Of a stretch of DNA of 38,621 nt, positions 27,447 to 36,463 are shown piece by piece; the first letter of the stretch is position 1, and every line of letters begins with the position of its first letter. The notes below the pieces were generated by a model. That model was given only the letters and a program-made list of their open reading frames with translations, made no database searches and was not told the origin of the DNA. Position numbers and translations under genes: made by a program. Source of the stretch: a virus (Duplodnaviria > Heunggongvirae > Uroviricota > Caudoviricetes); IMG/VR virus record IMGVR_UViG_2541047830_000013; one strand, 5' to 3'.

Positions 27447-30263
27447 TCAATCTTTATCGTAAAAACTGCCACGTCCGGCACGGTCGCGTCGTTCCAATTC
27501 TGCCCTGACCATTTCACCGACCAGTTTCGCCAGTTCGCGGGGATTCTGCGTAACAACGTTATGCAGATGGACATGAATTTCACCACCAAATCCGGAGGTA
27601 ACAGGCTCCCGGTTACGGGAAGTTGCAGGAACTGATGCCACTGGCGATCGTATGGCCTCCGCCACCGGGCGGGAGCTGGCCGCAACAACAGGGACCAGCG
27701 CCGGAGGCAGCGGAGCCGGAACCACGGGGGTGATATTAATTGCGGGAGCAGGCTTACTGGCCTGCGCAATCTTCCGCTCCTGCCACTCCCCACGAACGGC
27801 AAGTGCGCGGGGCAGGTTCTTAAAGACAATATCACCGGGGCCAATGCGTTTTTTCGTCTCATCAACCAGCTTACCTGTGTTATCAGCAATTTTGCTGAGT
27901 CTGCGTAGCGTCCCGGTATTGCTGTCTGTGAGCGGTTTGTTGTCTTTGGGTTTATCACCTCCGGTGCCATTGCCATTTTCTACAGGCTTCGGCGGATTGA
28001 TTTTCGCCAGGTCCCCCTGAAGCAAGGCAACCTTGTCCTGAAGAATGGCCGCACGCTGTGCGTCTTCGATTTTCTTGCGCGCCCTTTCCGCTTCATCCGG
28101 AAGGACGCCAAGTTTTTCAAGTATCCACGCCAGCGTATCCAGTAGCATTTTTGCAGGTGTCAGAACAAGTTGTAACGCACCGCCAAGAACGTTACCGAAT
28201 ATCTCGCCAGCACTGGCACATTTATCCAGCGTTTCCTTGCTGGACTCCATCGGTGACAGCAGCGATTTAAACCAGTTAAACACCTGGCTGATCCCGCTTC
28301 CGATTGCGTCAAAAACAGGGCCAAACCGTTCAAAGGTTTCGCGCAACGGAGTCAGCCTTTCCATAATCCCGCTGAACACCCCGGCAAAAAATGCCCTGAT
28401 GGGATCCCAGTATTTCCAGATAAGAACGGCAGCTCCGGCAAGCGCAGCCACGATAAGACCAACCGGACTGAACAGCGCCCCGATAGCGCCTCCCAGTAAA
28501 GAAACGGAACCCGTCACCATTCCCCACAGCGCAGGCAACACCCTGACGACATTCATTGACCGGGTAAGAATGTCAAAACCAAGACGCAGGGTGGCCAGCT
28601 TCCCGTAAAGCACCCCAATAACCAGCGACAACGAGCCAATCGTTGCAGTCATTGCCAGCAACGCACCGCCTGCTATCAGTAGCTGGCGCGTCAGTGCGGG
28701 ATGGGCCTGCGCCAGCGCCGTCACCTTTGATACCACACGCGTGAGCCACTGCGTGACAGAACGCAGCGGACCGTCAATCAGATCTGCAATGCGGATGCGC
28801 AACCCTTCCCATGCACTGCCAAGTGATTTCAGATCGCCGTCAAGGTTGTTGGCCATAACCTTTGCCGTGCGTTCAGCCTCACCGCGCGCGCCTTCAAGTT
28901 CTTTTCTCAGTTTGGGTAAGGAGCCGTCACCTGCCGCATCAACGAGGGCCATAAATGATGTGAAAGCCTCTTCTCCGGCAATGTCCTTAAAGAACGATAC
29001 CCGGTCAACTTCCCCGTATTTGCGGGTAGCTTTATAAAGGTCAGCCAGCACATCCTCCATCGGGCGCATTTTGCCCCCGGCATCCGAGACAGACACGCCA
29101 AGCTCTTTCAGCGCCTCTGCTGCCGCCTTTGGCGGTGATGCCAGACGAGCCAGGCTGGCACGCATTGCCGTACCAGCATCACTCCCCCTGATACCCATAT
29201 TCGCCAGCACGCCCGCCATCGCTGCGGCCTGCTCCAGCGATATTCCCAGCTTACCCGCCACCGGACCTGCATATTTCATGGTTTCACCCAGTGCGCGAAG
29301 GTCAGTGTTGGTACGGGTAAACGCTGCGGTAAGTGTGTCGCCGACCCGGTCCATCTGGTCAGCAGAAAGACCGAACTGCGTCAGAATATTTGAGCCAATA
29401 TCCGCCGTCTCACCGAGGTCCATACCGCCAGCCGTTGCCATGCTCAGTACGCCAGGGAGCGCAGCCTGAATGGCCTGCGGAGTGAAGCCAGCCATTGCAA
29501 GAAATGCCTGTCCACTGGCGGCATCGCCTGCGGTGAACTGCGTTTCAGAGCCAAGTTTTAACGCCTGCTCACGCAGCGCCTTAAACTGCGGGCTGTTTTT
29601 GTCGATTCGCGTCAGTGCCTGAACGCGGGACATCTCTTTCCCGAACCCGATCGCAGGCTGCAAAAAACGCCCGGCAGCATAGCCGCCCGCCGCTGCCGCA
29701 CCAATTGCCAGCGCACCACCTGTTTTCAGTTTTCCCGCTGTTTCCTGCGCGCGCGAATACCGCTCACGCGCCCGCGTTACACGCGCAAGCGCCTGCCGTT
29801 CGCGTTCAAGCTGGTTGTTGTATTGTTCGGTGCGTCTGATGGCCTGCTGAATGGTGTTATCGCTGCCTGTCAGGGAAATGCCGTGGCGTTTCAGTTCTCC
29901 GCCAAGCTCCCGCATTTTCTGAATTTCCCGTGTGCGCGATTCATTCAGGCGTTCAAGCCGGGTGCTTAACTGCTGCATCAGCTTTTGTTGTTTTTCGCTG
30001 AGCACTGTACCCGTGCGTTGTAACTGATTAAGGGCGTTAAGCTGGCGTCGTGCTTTCACGATACCCGCATCCGCTTTACTGACAGCGTCGCGGGCGCGCT
30101 CAAATGAACGCGCCTGACGCTCGAGATTTTTGATCGCCCCCTGCGTTCGCTGAATGGAGTCACCAAACTGCCCCATCAGGCGGCGGGCGTTTTCGGCAGG
30201 CCGGGTCAGCCTGTCAACGGCGCTGAAAGCGACCCGGATATCAAGAGTCTTCATTGTCTGCAT
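27447..30263 (-). CDS. T: Tail tape measure protein (P2 gpT-like)
   Basis: About 940 aa, helix-rich with Gly/Ala-rich hydrophobic central segments; start overlaps the end of E-prime. Track start GTG 30290; ATG at 30263. Confidence 0.85.
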   Translation of the reverse strand: MQTMKTLDIRVAFSAVDRLTRPAENARRLMGQFGDSIQRTQGAIKNLERQARSFERARDAVSKADAGIVKARRQLNALNQLQRTGTVLSEKQQKLMQQLSTRLERLNESRTREIQKMRELGGELKRHGISLTGSDNTIQQAIRRTEQYNNQLERERQALARVTRARERYSRAQETAGKLKTGGALAIGAAAAGGYAAGRFLQPAIGFGKEMSRVQALTRIDKNSPQFKALREQALKLGSETQFTAGDAASGQAFLAMAGFTPQAIQAALPGVLSMATAGGMDLGETADIGSNILTQFGLSADQMDRVGDTLTAAFTRTNTDLRALGETMKYAGPVAGKLGISLEQAAAMAGVLANMGIRGSDAGTAMRASLARLASPPKAAAEALKELGVSVSDAGGKMRPMEDVLADLYKATRKYGEVDRVSFFKDIAGEEAFTSFMALVDAAGDGSLPKLRKELEGARGEAERTAKVMANNLDGDLKSLGSAWEGLRIRIADLIDGPLRSVTQWLTRVVSKVTALAQAHPALTRQLLIAGGALLAMTATIGSLSLVIGVLYGKLATLRLGFDILTRSMNVVRVLPALWGMVTGSVSLLGGAIGALFSPVGLIVAALAGAAVLIWKYWDPIRAFFAGVFSGIMERLTPLRETFERFGPVFDAIGSGISQVFNWFKSLLSPMESSKETLDKCASAGEIFGNVLGGALQLVLTPAKMLLDTLAWILEKLGVLPDEAERARKKIEDAQRAAILQDKVALLQGDLAKINPPKPVENGNGTGGDKPKDNKPLTDSNTGTLRRLSKIADNTGKLVDETKKRIGPGDIVFKNLPRALAVRGEWQERKIAQASKPAPAINITPVVPAPLPPALVPVVAASSRPVAEAIRSPVASVPATSRNREPVTSGFGGEIHVHLHNVVTQNPRELAKLVGEMVRAELERRDRAGRGSFYDKD

Positions 30264-30770
30264 TCCCGCTGCGAAGTGCCGCCCGCTCACGCCAGCTAAC
30301 CACTTCGCCGGGCGTCATCATGAAGATTTCGGCGGGCGACCAGTTAAAAATAACGGCAATATCTGCCACAAAGTCTTCTATGTGCTCAAAGCACACAACC
30401 GTGATCAGGCTTCCGTCGCCTGTTCGTTCTTCCCGCCAGAGTCCGCACCGCTCAAAAAATTTACGGCAACCACACATAACTGAATAAAGTCACGGGATGC
30501 CATTTTTTTGATCGTCACTTCATCCAGTCGCGGTGATGTCACGCGTGACAGCAGCGTAAACATGGATTCCGCTTTCAGATTCAGCACATCAGACAGCGAC
30601 AAATCTCGCAGAGATCCAGCCTGCTCAATAGCCCCGGTGATCTCCACATACGTGATTTTTTCGCCGCCTCGCTCAATTGGTTGGGTAAGTTTTACGCCAC
30701 GCTCACTGGTTTCTTTCACAGTGTCAGTAACTACCGTGTTTTCGGTATCGATGTTTTTCGTCTCTTTCAT
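30241..30770 (-). CDS. Tail assembly chaperone fusion E+E-prime, made by programmed -1 frameshift
   Basis: E frame 30770..30405 and -1 frame 30477..30241 are joined at the heptamer T_TTT_TTG (30459-30453, minus strand); post-shift reading reproduces the 78-aa track ORF (FFERCGLWREE...). Confidence 0.6.
30405..30770 (-). CDS. E: Tail assembly chaperone (P2 gpE-like)
   Basis: ATG 30770 with AAGGAG RBS; between tube gene and tape measure. Confidence 0.65.
   Translation of the reverse strand: MKETKNIDTENTVVTDTVKETSERGVKLTQPIERGGEKITYVEITGAIEQAGSLRDLSLSDVLNLKAESMFTLLSRVTSPRLDEVTIKKMASRDFIQLCVVAVNFLSGADSGGKNEQATEA
30453..30459 (-). other. Slippery heptamer T_TTT_TTG for the E/E-prime -1 frameshift
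   Basis: In-frame codons aat-ttt-ttg of E, verified codon by codon. Confidence 0.6.
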
Positions 30771-30824
30771 CAGGAAACTCCTTTCAATCAGAGGCGACGC
30801 ACTGCGCCGCCTGCATATTACTTA

Positions 30825-31337
30825 TCAGCCAAGCCCGAGCGCGGAACGGATGCGATCGGGCACAATGTCCTTGCCGTCCTTCCGGTAAATGAAGTTCAGC
30901 AGGTCAATCTCCCACAACGGGCGATCGTTAACACTCAGCTTGTAGTAGGTGTTTTTAATGGCGTAAGTGTGTGATGTGGCTTCGCCCTGTTTGGCTTCCC
31001 CCATATCAATTTCCGTCACACGTCCGCGCATTTCGACTTCATACAGGTCGCTTTCTGCATCGGTGTAGTATTCACCCGCAAAACGCAGCAGCGTGCCGTC
31101 AATCGTGCCGCCATACTTAAGGAACAGCTCACGAACTGCGCCCCCCATGACAAAGCTCGCATCAAGCGCGGAGTCGTCCAGACCGAGATCAATACTTACC
31201 GCACCCATCATGCCACCACCCCGGTAGCTGTCGGTTTTGCGCGTCAGCTTAGGCAGAGTGACGGACGTCACCTTACCCACTTCGTTTTCACCATCCACAA
31301 ACAGCGTAAAAAAGCGAAGATGTTTTGGTACAGCCAT
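30825..31337 (-). CDS. FII: Tail tube protein (P2 gpFII-like)
   Basis: 170 aa; ATGA overlap with the sheath gene. Confidence 0.9.
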   Translation of the reverse strand: MAVPKHLRFFTLFVDGENEVGKVTSVTLPKLTRKTDSYRGGGMMGAVSIDLGLDDSALDASFVMGGAVRELFLKYGGTIDGTLLRFAGEYYTDAESDLYEVEMRGRVTEIDMGEAKQGEATSHTYAIKNTYYKLSVNDRPLWEIDLLNFIYRKDGKDIVPDRIRSALGLG

Positions 31338-32521
31338 CAGGCACCTCCCAGCACCGCAAATGCGGGACCAAAGAATTCATCAGTAAACGACTGGTAAAGC
31401 TCCATGTCTTCCAGCGGGGGAACAGGCGTATATTTGTAGCGAATACGCACGCGCCCCTGACGTAAATCCGTGGTGCTGTTATCCACCACGTCATACCAGC
31501 ACTCCGCGCCAATCAGTTTCCCGGCAGTAACCAGTGAATCCAGTTTTGCCCTGATGGCACTGATAACATCCTTCACGTTCGCAGGCGTCAGTGGACTGTC
31601 GATGGTTTCAAACTGCGCTTCCGCAATTGAATCAGCCAGCACCTGTGCGGTTCGGGTATACACCTCAAAGATGTAGGCGTTCGTTTCCGGTGTGCGGTTG
31701 CCCCAGAAGCGGAACCCGTTGCGACGAATAATGGTCGTGATTTCTTTGTTGTTAAGGCTGTTGGCATCACTGTCTTCGGCCTGCAACGACCAGAAAACAT
31801 GCCTCGACATCCCCAGCACATTTTTAACCGGAACGTTGGACAGTGATTTGTGCCATCCCTGCTCATGGTCAATGTACGCACGAAGGCCGCACGCATAGGC
31901 AGGCGCGGGGAACGTTTCGTTTTTGCCACTTTTCGGGTTGTAGGCGATGAAGTCCGGCCATAAGAGCATCACCTCACGTTCGTTGAATTTCTGGCGGTAG
32001 GCAATCGCCTCAGCCATCGTGTTACAGCCGTGACATGAGGCATACACAAACGCGCGCAGTTTACCCGCAATCACGCACAGGGATTTTGTTACCGCCTCCG
32101 TGTCCAGCTCCGGCGCAGCCAGAATACGCGGACGGTATCCGATGCTTTCATCCTGCTCTGCAACAAGCAGCGCATACATCCCCGTATAACTGCCGTCAGA
32201 TTCAGAACCACCGATAACCAGTTGATCCTGTGTCTTTCCGTCTTCTTCTTTGTGTTCAGCCACGCGAACGACGATCACCTTTGTGCTCACCTGGTCTGCG
32301 ATGGCCTTAAGCGCACGATAAAGCGTCCCCGTTGTTCCGCATTTTCCCAGCACGTCATTGACGCGGGTCAGCAATGTGGGCTTGTTCAGCGGGAACAGCT
32401 CCGCATCCGCATCATCCGCCGTTGCCACGATACCGATAACACTGGAATCAACATCATTAATCGCTGTTACCAGGTCGGTACTTTCCGTAACACGGGCACC
32501 ATGAAAACGAGTTTCACTCAT
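31337..32521 (-). CDS. FI: Contractile tail sheath protein (P2 gpFI-like)
   Basis: 394 aa; size and position. Confidence 0.9.
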   Translation of the reverse strand: MSETRFHGARVTESTDLVTAINDVDSSVIGIVATADDADAELFPLNKPTLLTRVNDVLGKCGTTGTLYRALKAIADQVSTKVIVVRVAEHKEEDGKTQDQLVIGGSESDGSYTGMYALLVAEQDESIGYRPRILAAPELDTEAVTKSLCVIAGKLRAFVYASCHGCNTMAEAIAYRQKFNEREVMLLWPDFIAYNPKSGKNETFPAPAYACGLRAYIDHEQGWHKSLSNVPVKNVLGMSRHVFWSLQAEDSDANSLNNKEITTIIRRNGFRFWGNRTPETNAYIFEVYTRTAQVLADSIAEAQFETIDSPLTPANVKDVISAIRAKLDSLVTAGKLIGAECWYDVVDNSTTDLRQGRVRIRYKYTPVPPLEDMELYQSFTDEFFGPAFAVLGGA

Positions 32522-32678
32522 AGCTTCAGCCCCTTGTATCCGTTAAATGATTCAGCAACAATCATCACCCACCACGCGCGTAATCTCACCCCTGCGCTAT
32601 TCTCCCGCCACGGCGACAACAAAAAGCAGTAACCCCCTCCGCACGCACATGCGACCATGCCGCACAGGGAGGGAACAG

Positions 32679-33779
32679 ATGACCGACACCACCATGCAAT
32701 TGCTCAGTCAGGGCACAGACCCCGTGAAAATGCCGGATTTTGATATTCTTGCGGAGGGTAAAACGCTGTCAGGCGTGGCAGAGCGCCTGATGAGCCTGTC
32801 ACTGACCGACAACCGGGGATTTGAAGCAGACCAGCTCACCATCACGCTGGATGATGCAGATGGTCAGTTGCAGCTACCGCCACGGGGCGCACGCCTGACG
32901 GTTCTCATTGGCTGGAAAGGCGAACCGCTGACAGAAAAAGGCACTTACATTGTTGATGAAATCGCTCACGAAGGACCACCGGACAGGCTGACTGTTTCAG
33001 CCAGAAGCGCAGATTTTCGGGATGAATTTAACGTTAAACGAGAGGTGTCCTGGCATGATGTGACCGTTGAGCGTGTGGTATCCGCCATCGCTCATCGGTA
33101 CGGTCTGAAACCGCAAATCAGCGAAATGCTGATGGATATCGAAATCGACCACGCCGACCAGACCGAAGAGAGCGACATGTCCTTCCTTACGCGCATGGCG
33201 GAAATGCTGGGCGCAATCACCACGGTAAAAAGCGGTAATCTGTTATTCATCATGCCCGGTGGTGGCGTGAACGCACAGGGCCAGCCGTTGCCATCGTTCG
33301 CCATTACACGCAGCAGCGGCGATCGCCATCAGTTCCGCATTGCTGACCGCGAGGCGTATACGGGGGTACGCGCCTACTGGCTTGATCTTAATTACGGGAA
33401 AAAGAAAAAAGTCAGCGTGAAACGCCGCAAACCGAAAAAAGAGAAAAGCAGCAGCCGTGAAGGTGACTATATGGAAGGTGCGGAAGGCAACGTGTTTGTG
33501 TTACGCAAGACTTATCAGAACGAGCAGGCAGCAAGACGCGCAGCGGCGGCAAAGTGGCAGCAGCTACAACGCGGAGCCGCATCATTTTCCATCACGCTGG
33601 CGCGTGGACGTGCAGAACTCTACCCCGAAATGCATGGCACGGTAACAGGATTTAAAAGCGAGATTGATAATCAGGACTGGATTATTGCAAAAGCCGAGCA
33701 CACCATTGATAACAGCGGCTTTACCACGCAGCTTGAGCTTGAGGCAAAAATCCCGGAATGGATAGCAGAAACAGCGTGA
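32679..33779 (+). CDS. D: Late control / tail protein D (P2 gpD-like)
   Basis: ATG 32679 with AGGGAGGG 5 nt upstream; the track ORF from 32547 adds a low-complexity N-terminus. Confidence 0.85.
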   Translation: MTDTTMQLLSQGTDPVKMPDFDILAEGKTLSGVAERLMSLSLTDNRGFEADQLTITLDDADGQLQLPPRGARLTVLIGWKGEPLTEKGTYIVDEIAHEGPPDRLTVSARSADFRDEFNVKREVSWHDVTVERVVSAIAHRYGLKPQISEMLMDIEIDHADQTEESDMSFLTRMAEMLGAITTVKSGNLLFIMPGGGVNAQGQPLPSFAITRSSGDRHQFRIADREAYTGVRAYWLDLNYGKKKKVSVKRRKPKKEKSSSREGDYMEGAEGNVFVLRKTYQNEQAARRAAAAKWQQLQRGAASFSITLARGRAELYPEMHGTVTGFKSEIDNQDWIIAKAEHTIDNSGFTTQLELEAKIPEWIAETA

Positions 33780-33832
33780 ATGTCTTAAATGTATTAGTTC
33801 AGATATGTACTAGCAATAAACATAGTTAGAAA

Positions 33833-33848
33833 GGCCGCTAACGCGGCC
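33833..33848. terminator. GC hairpin between convergent D and the DUF3800-like gene (ggccgc-taac-gcggcc)
   Basis: Read directly; A/T-rich flanks. Confidence 0.4.
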
Positions 33849-33870
33849 ATATTAATTAAAACTCCAGTTA

Positions 33871-35040
33871 CTAATATTGAGAAAGATAATCAGCGACTCC
33901 ATCTGCAGGGTTTCGCCCACCAGTATAAATTGTGCCTAATTCTTGAGGTGTAACATATGTTGTAGGCCAAATGGCCATATTTTTAAAATAGTTATCTATT
34001 TTTATTCTTTGAAGTTCTTTAAAGAGATAATCTTCTAAGTCATTTCTTTTTAGACAGTTAACATAATAAGCAGCCGCACTTGCTACTATATCTACAATTT
34101 GTAATTGAGGATACTCTTGTGATGAATGGAATGTCAAAGAACGAGCTTTAATTGGCAATTCAAATTTTCTTCGATCATAACCATATGCCTCCGTAATTTT
34201 TGATATATCCATAAATTTATCAAAAATATCTTTCTTCTCTGTAATAGCTTTGGAATCGTCATGCTTAATATAAAAACCATTAGGGTATAATTTACCCCAT
34301 TCTACACAGTGTCTAAAGAGGCTTGGTATAGATGGATCTAATGTGCTTTTCTCAACACCTTCCAATATATCATCAATATCGCTTCTGGTAATACTAATTC
34401 TGTTTATTATATCTGTGAATATCTTATCACTTGAGCATATCTTTAACTCATCAATTACCCTGTAAAATTCATCAATTGACTCAGTCGATTGGCTTCTGAT
34501 CATATTCATAAAACACTGATACATTACCTCTGTTTTTTCCTCCCCACAGAAAGCAGGGAAACAGAAATAGTAAACATTAGACAGAGCTAGATTCTGTCCA
34601 TTTATATAAAGATCTATTCCTCTATTAGAGCACCACGTCTCGATCAAAATATCAACAATCTTTGCTGTTAGCATGTATTTTTTATCGACCAAGTATATTT
34701 TAACATTCTCTTCATTGACATATTTGCTTTCAAGAAGCCTAATGATGCCATCCTGACCAGATTTTCTACGTCTAAGAGTTTTAAAGTGGGCTTCTGTTGG
34801 AGACTTGCTTCCGGTTAGTTCTAATGCCTTAAGCGCATCCTGTTTACTAATACTACTTGAACTTAAGGTAAAAACAGGTTGCAATGGATCGAGTAAATTT
34901 CCGCCAGTATTACCTGATTCATCAAAAAATATATCAGGCTTTATATACAACATTTTATTTATCTTTGCCGCTAAGTTTCTTTTTTTCTCATTTTCTCGCT
35001 TAATTTTATTATCTCGCCTACGTTGACTATTCTTTCCCAT
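33871..35040 (-). CDS. AT-rich accessory gene, DUF3800-like protein (389 aa)
   Basis: ATG 35040 with GAGG RBS; N-terminal FFDESGNTG and C-terminal LQIVDIVASAA resemble DUF3800 family motifs as I recall them; much more AT-rich than the flanking D and ogr. Confidence 0.6.
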   Translation of the reverse strand: MGKNSQRRRDNKIKRENEKKRNLAAKINKMLYIKPDIFFDESGNTGGNLLDPLQPVFTLSSSSISKQDALKALELTGSKSPTEAHFKTLRRRKSGQDGIIRLLESKYVNEENVKIYLVDKKYMLTAKIVDILIETWCSNRGIDLYINGQNLALSNVYYFCFPAFCGEEKTEVMYQCFMNMIRSQSTESIDEFYRVIDELKICSSDKIFTDIINRISITRSDIDDILEGVEKSTLDPSIPSLFRHCVEWGKLYPNGFYIKHDDSKAITEKKDIFDKFMDISKITEAYGYDRRKFELPIKARSLTFHSSQEYPQLQIVDIVASAAAYYVNCLKRNDLEDYLFKELQRIKIDNYFKNMAIWPTTYVTPQELGTIYTGGRNPADGVADYLSQY

Positions 35041-35272
35041 AAATACCTCACAATCTGAATTAGATATCCCAATTTAACGCATTAATAACATAATGTTATG
35101 ATATCACACAATCAAAATAACGTGCTGATTTTAATGTATCAGGTTTGACTAGCTATTCTTTGATAAGCGAATAATAAGAATGTCAGCCCCTCAACTCAAA
35201 GCGGTTTAGTCAGTTGGAATCGGAGCTAGTAGAACTTAAAATAACAGAAGCACCACGTTAAGGGAGGTCTCT

Positions 35273-35533
35273 ATGTTCCGTTGTCCGCTTTGTGGCGCAT
35301 CTGCCCGTATCCGCACAAGTCGTCCGGAAAATGATTCAAACACCGTGCGGCAAAAGTATTACCAGTGTAACAACCTGGAATGCGGCGTATGCTTCTCAAC
35401 ACTGGAAGCCTTCCATAAATTCACATCAAAACACGCCTCCGCCGTTCACTCTTCAGAAGGTATCCCGTGGCATGAGCTGCCAGCTTCACACAGGGGAAAC
35501 AATCAGATGAGTTTGCCTTTACCTCAGAACTAA
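35273..35533 (+). CDS. ogr: Late gene activator Ogr (zinc-finger)
   Basis: MFRCPLCGA...YQCNNLECGVCF gives a Cys4 arrangement matching P2 Ogr; AGGGAGG RBS. Confidence 0.85.
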   Translation: MFRCPLCGASARIRTSRPENDSNTVRQKYYQCNNLECGVCFSTLEAFHKFTSKHASAVHSSEGIPWHELPASHRGNNQMSLPLPQN

Positions 35534-35723
35534 CAGGCAGAATTGCCGGAGTAACAAAAAAGCGATAGATTACGCGCGGGTGCCTTTCGGCTGATGGTCG
35601 GAGGGAATACCCGATGGCCGGATGTGGAAAGGCCCCGGAAAACACTTTTGTTTAACCGAGGCCCTAACCGTCTACCCTAAGCAAGTGATAGGTTAGCGCC
35701 TCCCCGAAAAAGGAGCAAGCGCT

Positions 35724-35864
35724 ATGTCGCAAAAATCGCTTACGGCCATCACGTTCTGCGTGACGGTAATCCTCATCATCTGGATGCTGCACGGTTCGCT
35801 GTGTGAAATACGGATGAGCTTCTGGGGAGCGGAGTTTGCGGCGTTCTTACAGTGTAAGCAGTAA
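35724..35864 (+). CDS. Hok/Gef-family type I toxin (46 aa)
   Basis: MSQKSLTAITFCVTVILIIWMLHGSLCEIRMSFWGAEFAAFLQCKQ: one TM helix then SLCE...AAFL.C, the Hok-family pattern; AGGAG 8 nt upstream; below ORF-track cutoff. Confidence 0.7.
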   Translation: MSQKSLTAITFCVTVILIIWMLHGSLCEIRMSFWGAEFAAFLQCKQ

Positions 35865-35874
35865 GGAAACCGCG

Positions 35875-35894
35875 ACGGGGGAGTAATCCCCCGT
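35875..35894 (+). other. Stable hairpin just 3' of the hok-like ORF (acggggga-gtaa-tcccccgt)
   Basis: 8-bp GC-rich stem; consistent with a structured hok mRNA 3' end. Confidence 0.45.
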
Positions 35895-36126
35895 CAATCG
35901 GTTGCTAGGGTAAGGTCGATAAGGCACCCTATCTCACAGCTCTAAATGCCAAAATTCCATGAAACTGTGGGATTTTTGCATCACATACTGATACAGACCA
36001 GCCCTTCTATATGCCTCACTCTATACCAGCTAATCAATTGACACTTATCAATAAAAATAAATCTGATAAAATCAAAATGTTTTGTAACAAATATCAACTC
36101 GTATTAATCCAAAGGAGGCGGATTAC

Positions 36127-36459
36127 ATGGCATTAATCAAATGTCCTGAATGCCAGAAAGAGGTGAGCGATTCAGCATTGTATTGCCCTGCTTGTGGTAA
36201 ACAACTGCAAAAACTTAAGCGTTCATTTTTTGGACGGATCATTAAGTGGGTTTTTATATTATTTAATATTTTTATGATCTATACGCTTTTAGTTGGACTA
36301 GGAGGCACTAGTGAAATAATAAATAATGCCACATCCGATGCCGAAAAAGCCGGTGCAGTTATTGGTACAGGCTTAGGTTTAATTACCATTGGAAGCTTAT
36401 GGGTTATTGGCGATATCATTATCGGAATTTTAGTATTTCTTACTAAACCAAAGGGATAA
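36127..36459 (+). CDS. Zinc-ribbon membrane protein (110 aa)
   Basis: N-terminal CPEC-x13-CPAC zinc ribbon then two hydrophobic helices; strong AAAGGAGG RBS; AT-rich. Confidence 0.6.
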   Translation: MALIKCPECQKEVSDSALYCPACGKQLQKLKRSFFGRIIKWVFILFNIFMIYTLLVGLGGTSEIINNATSDAEKAGAVIGTGLGLITIGSLWVIGDIIIGILVFLTKPKG

Positions 36460-36463
36460 TAAA

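Noticed and set aside
27652-29469. Plus-strand ORFs inside the tape measure gene (27652..28020, 28045..28608, 28741..29037, 29071..29469)
   Set aside because: All antisense to the long T gene; Ser/Ala/Pro-rich low-complexity translations with no start context.
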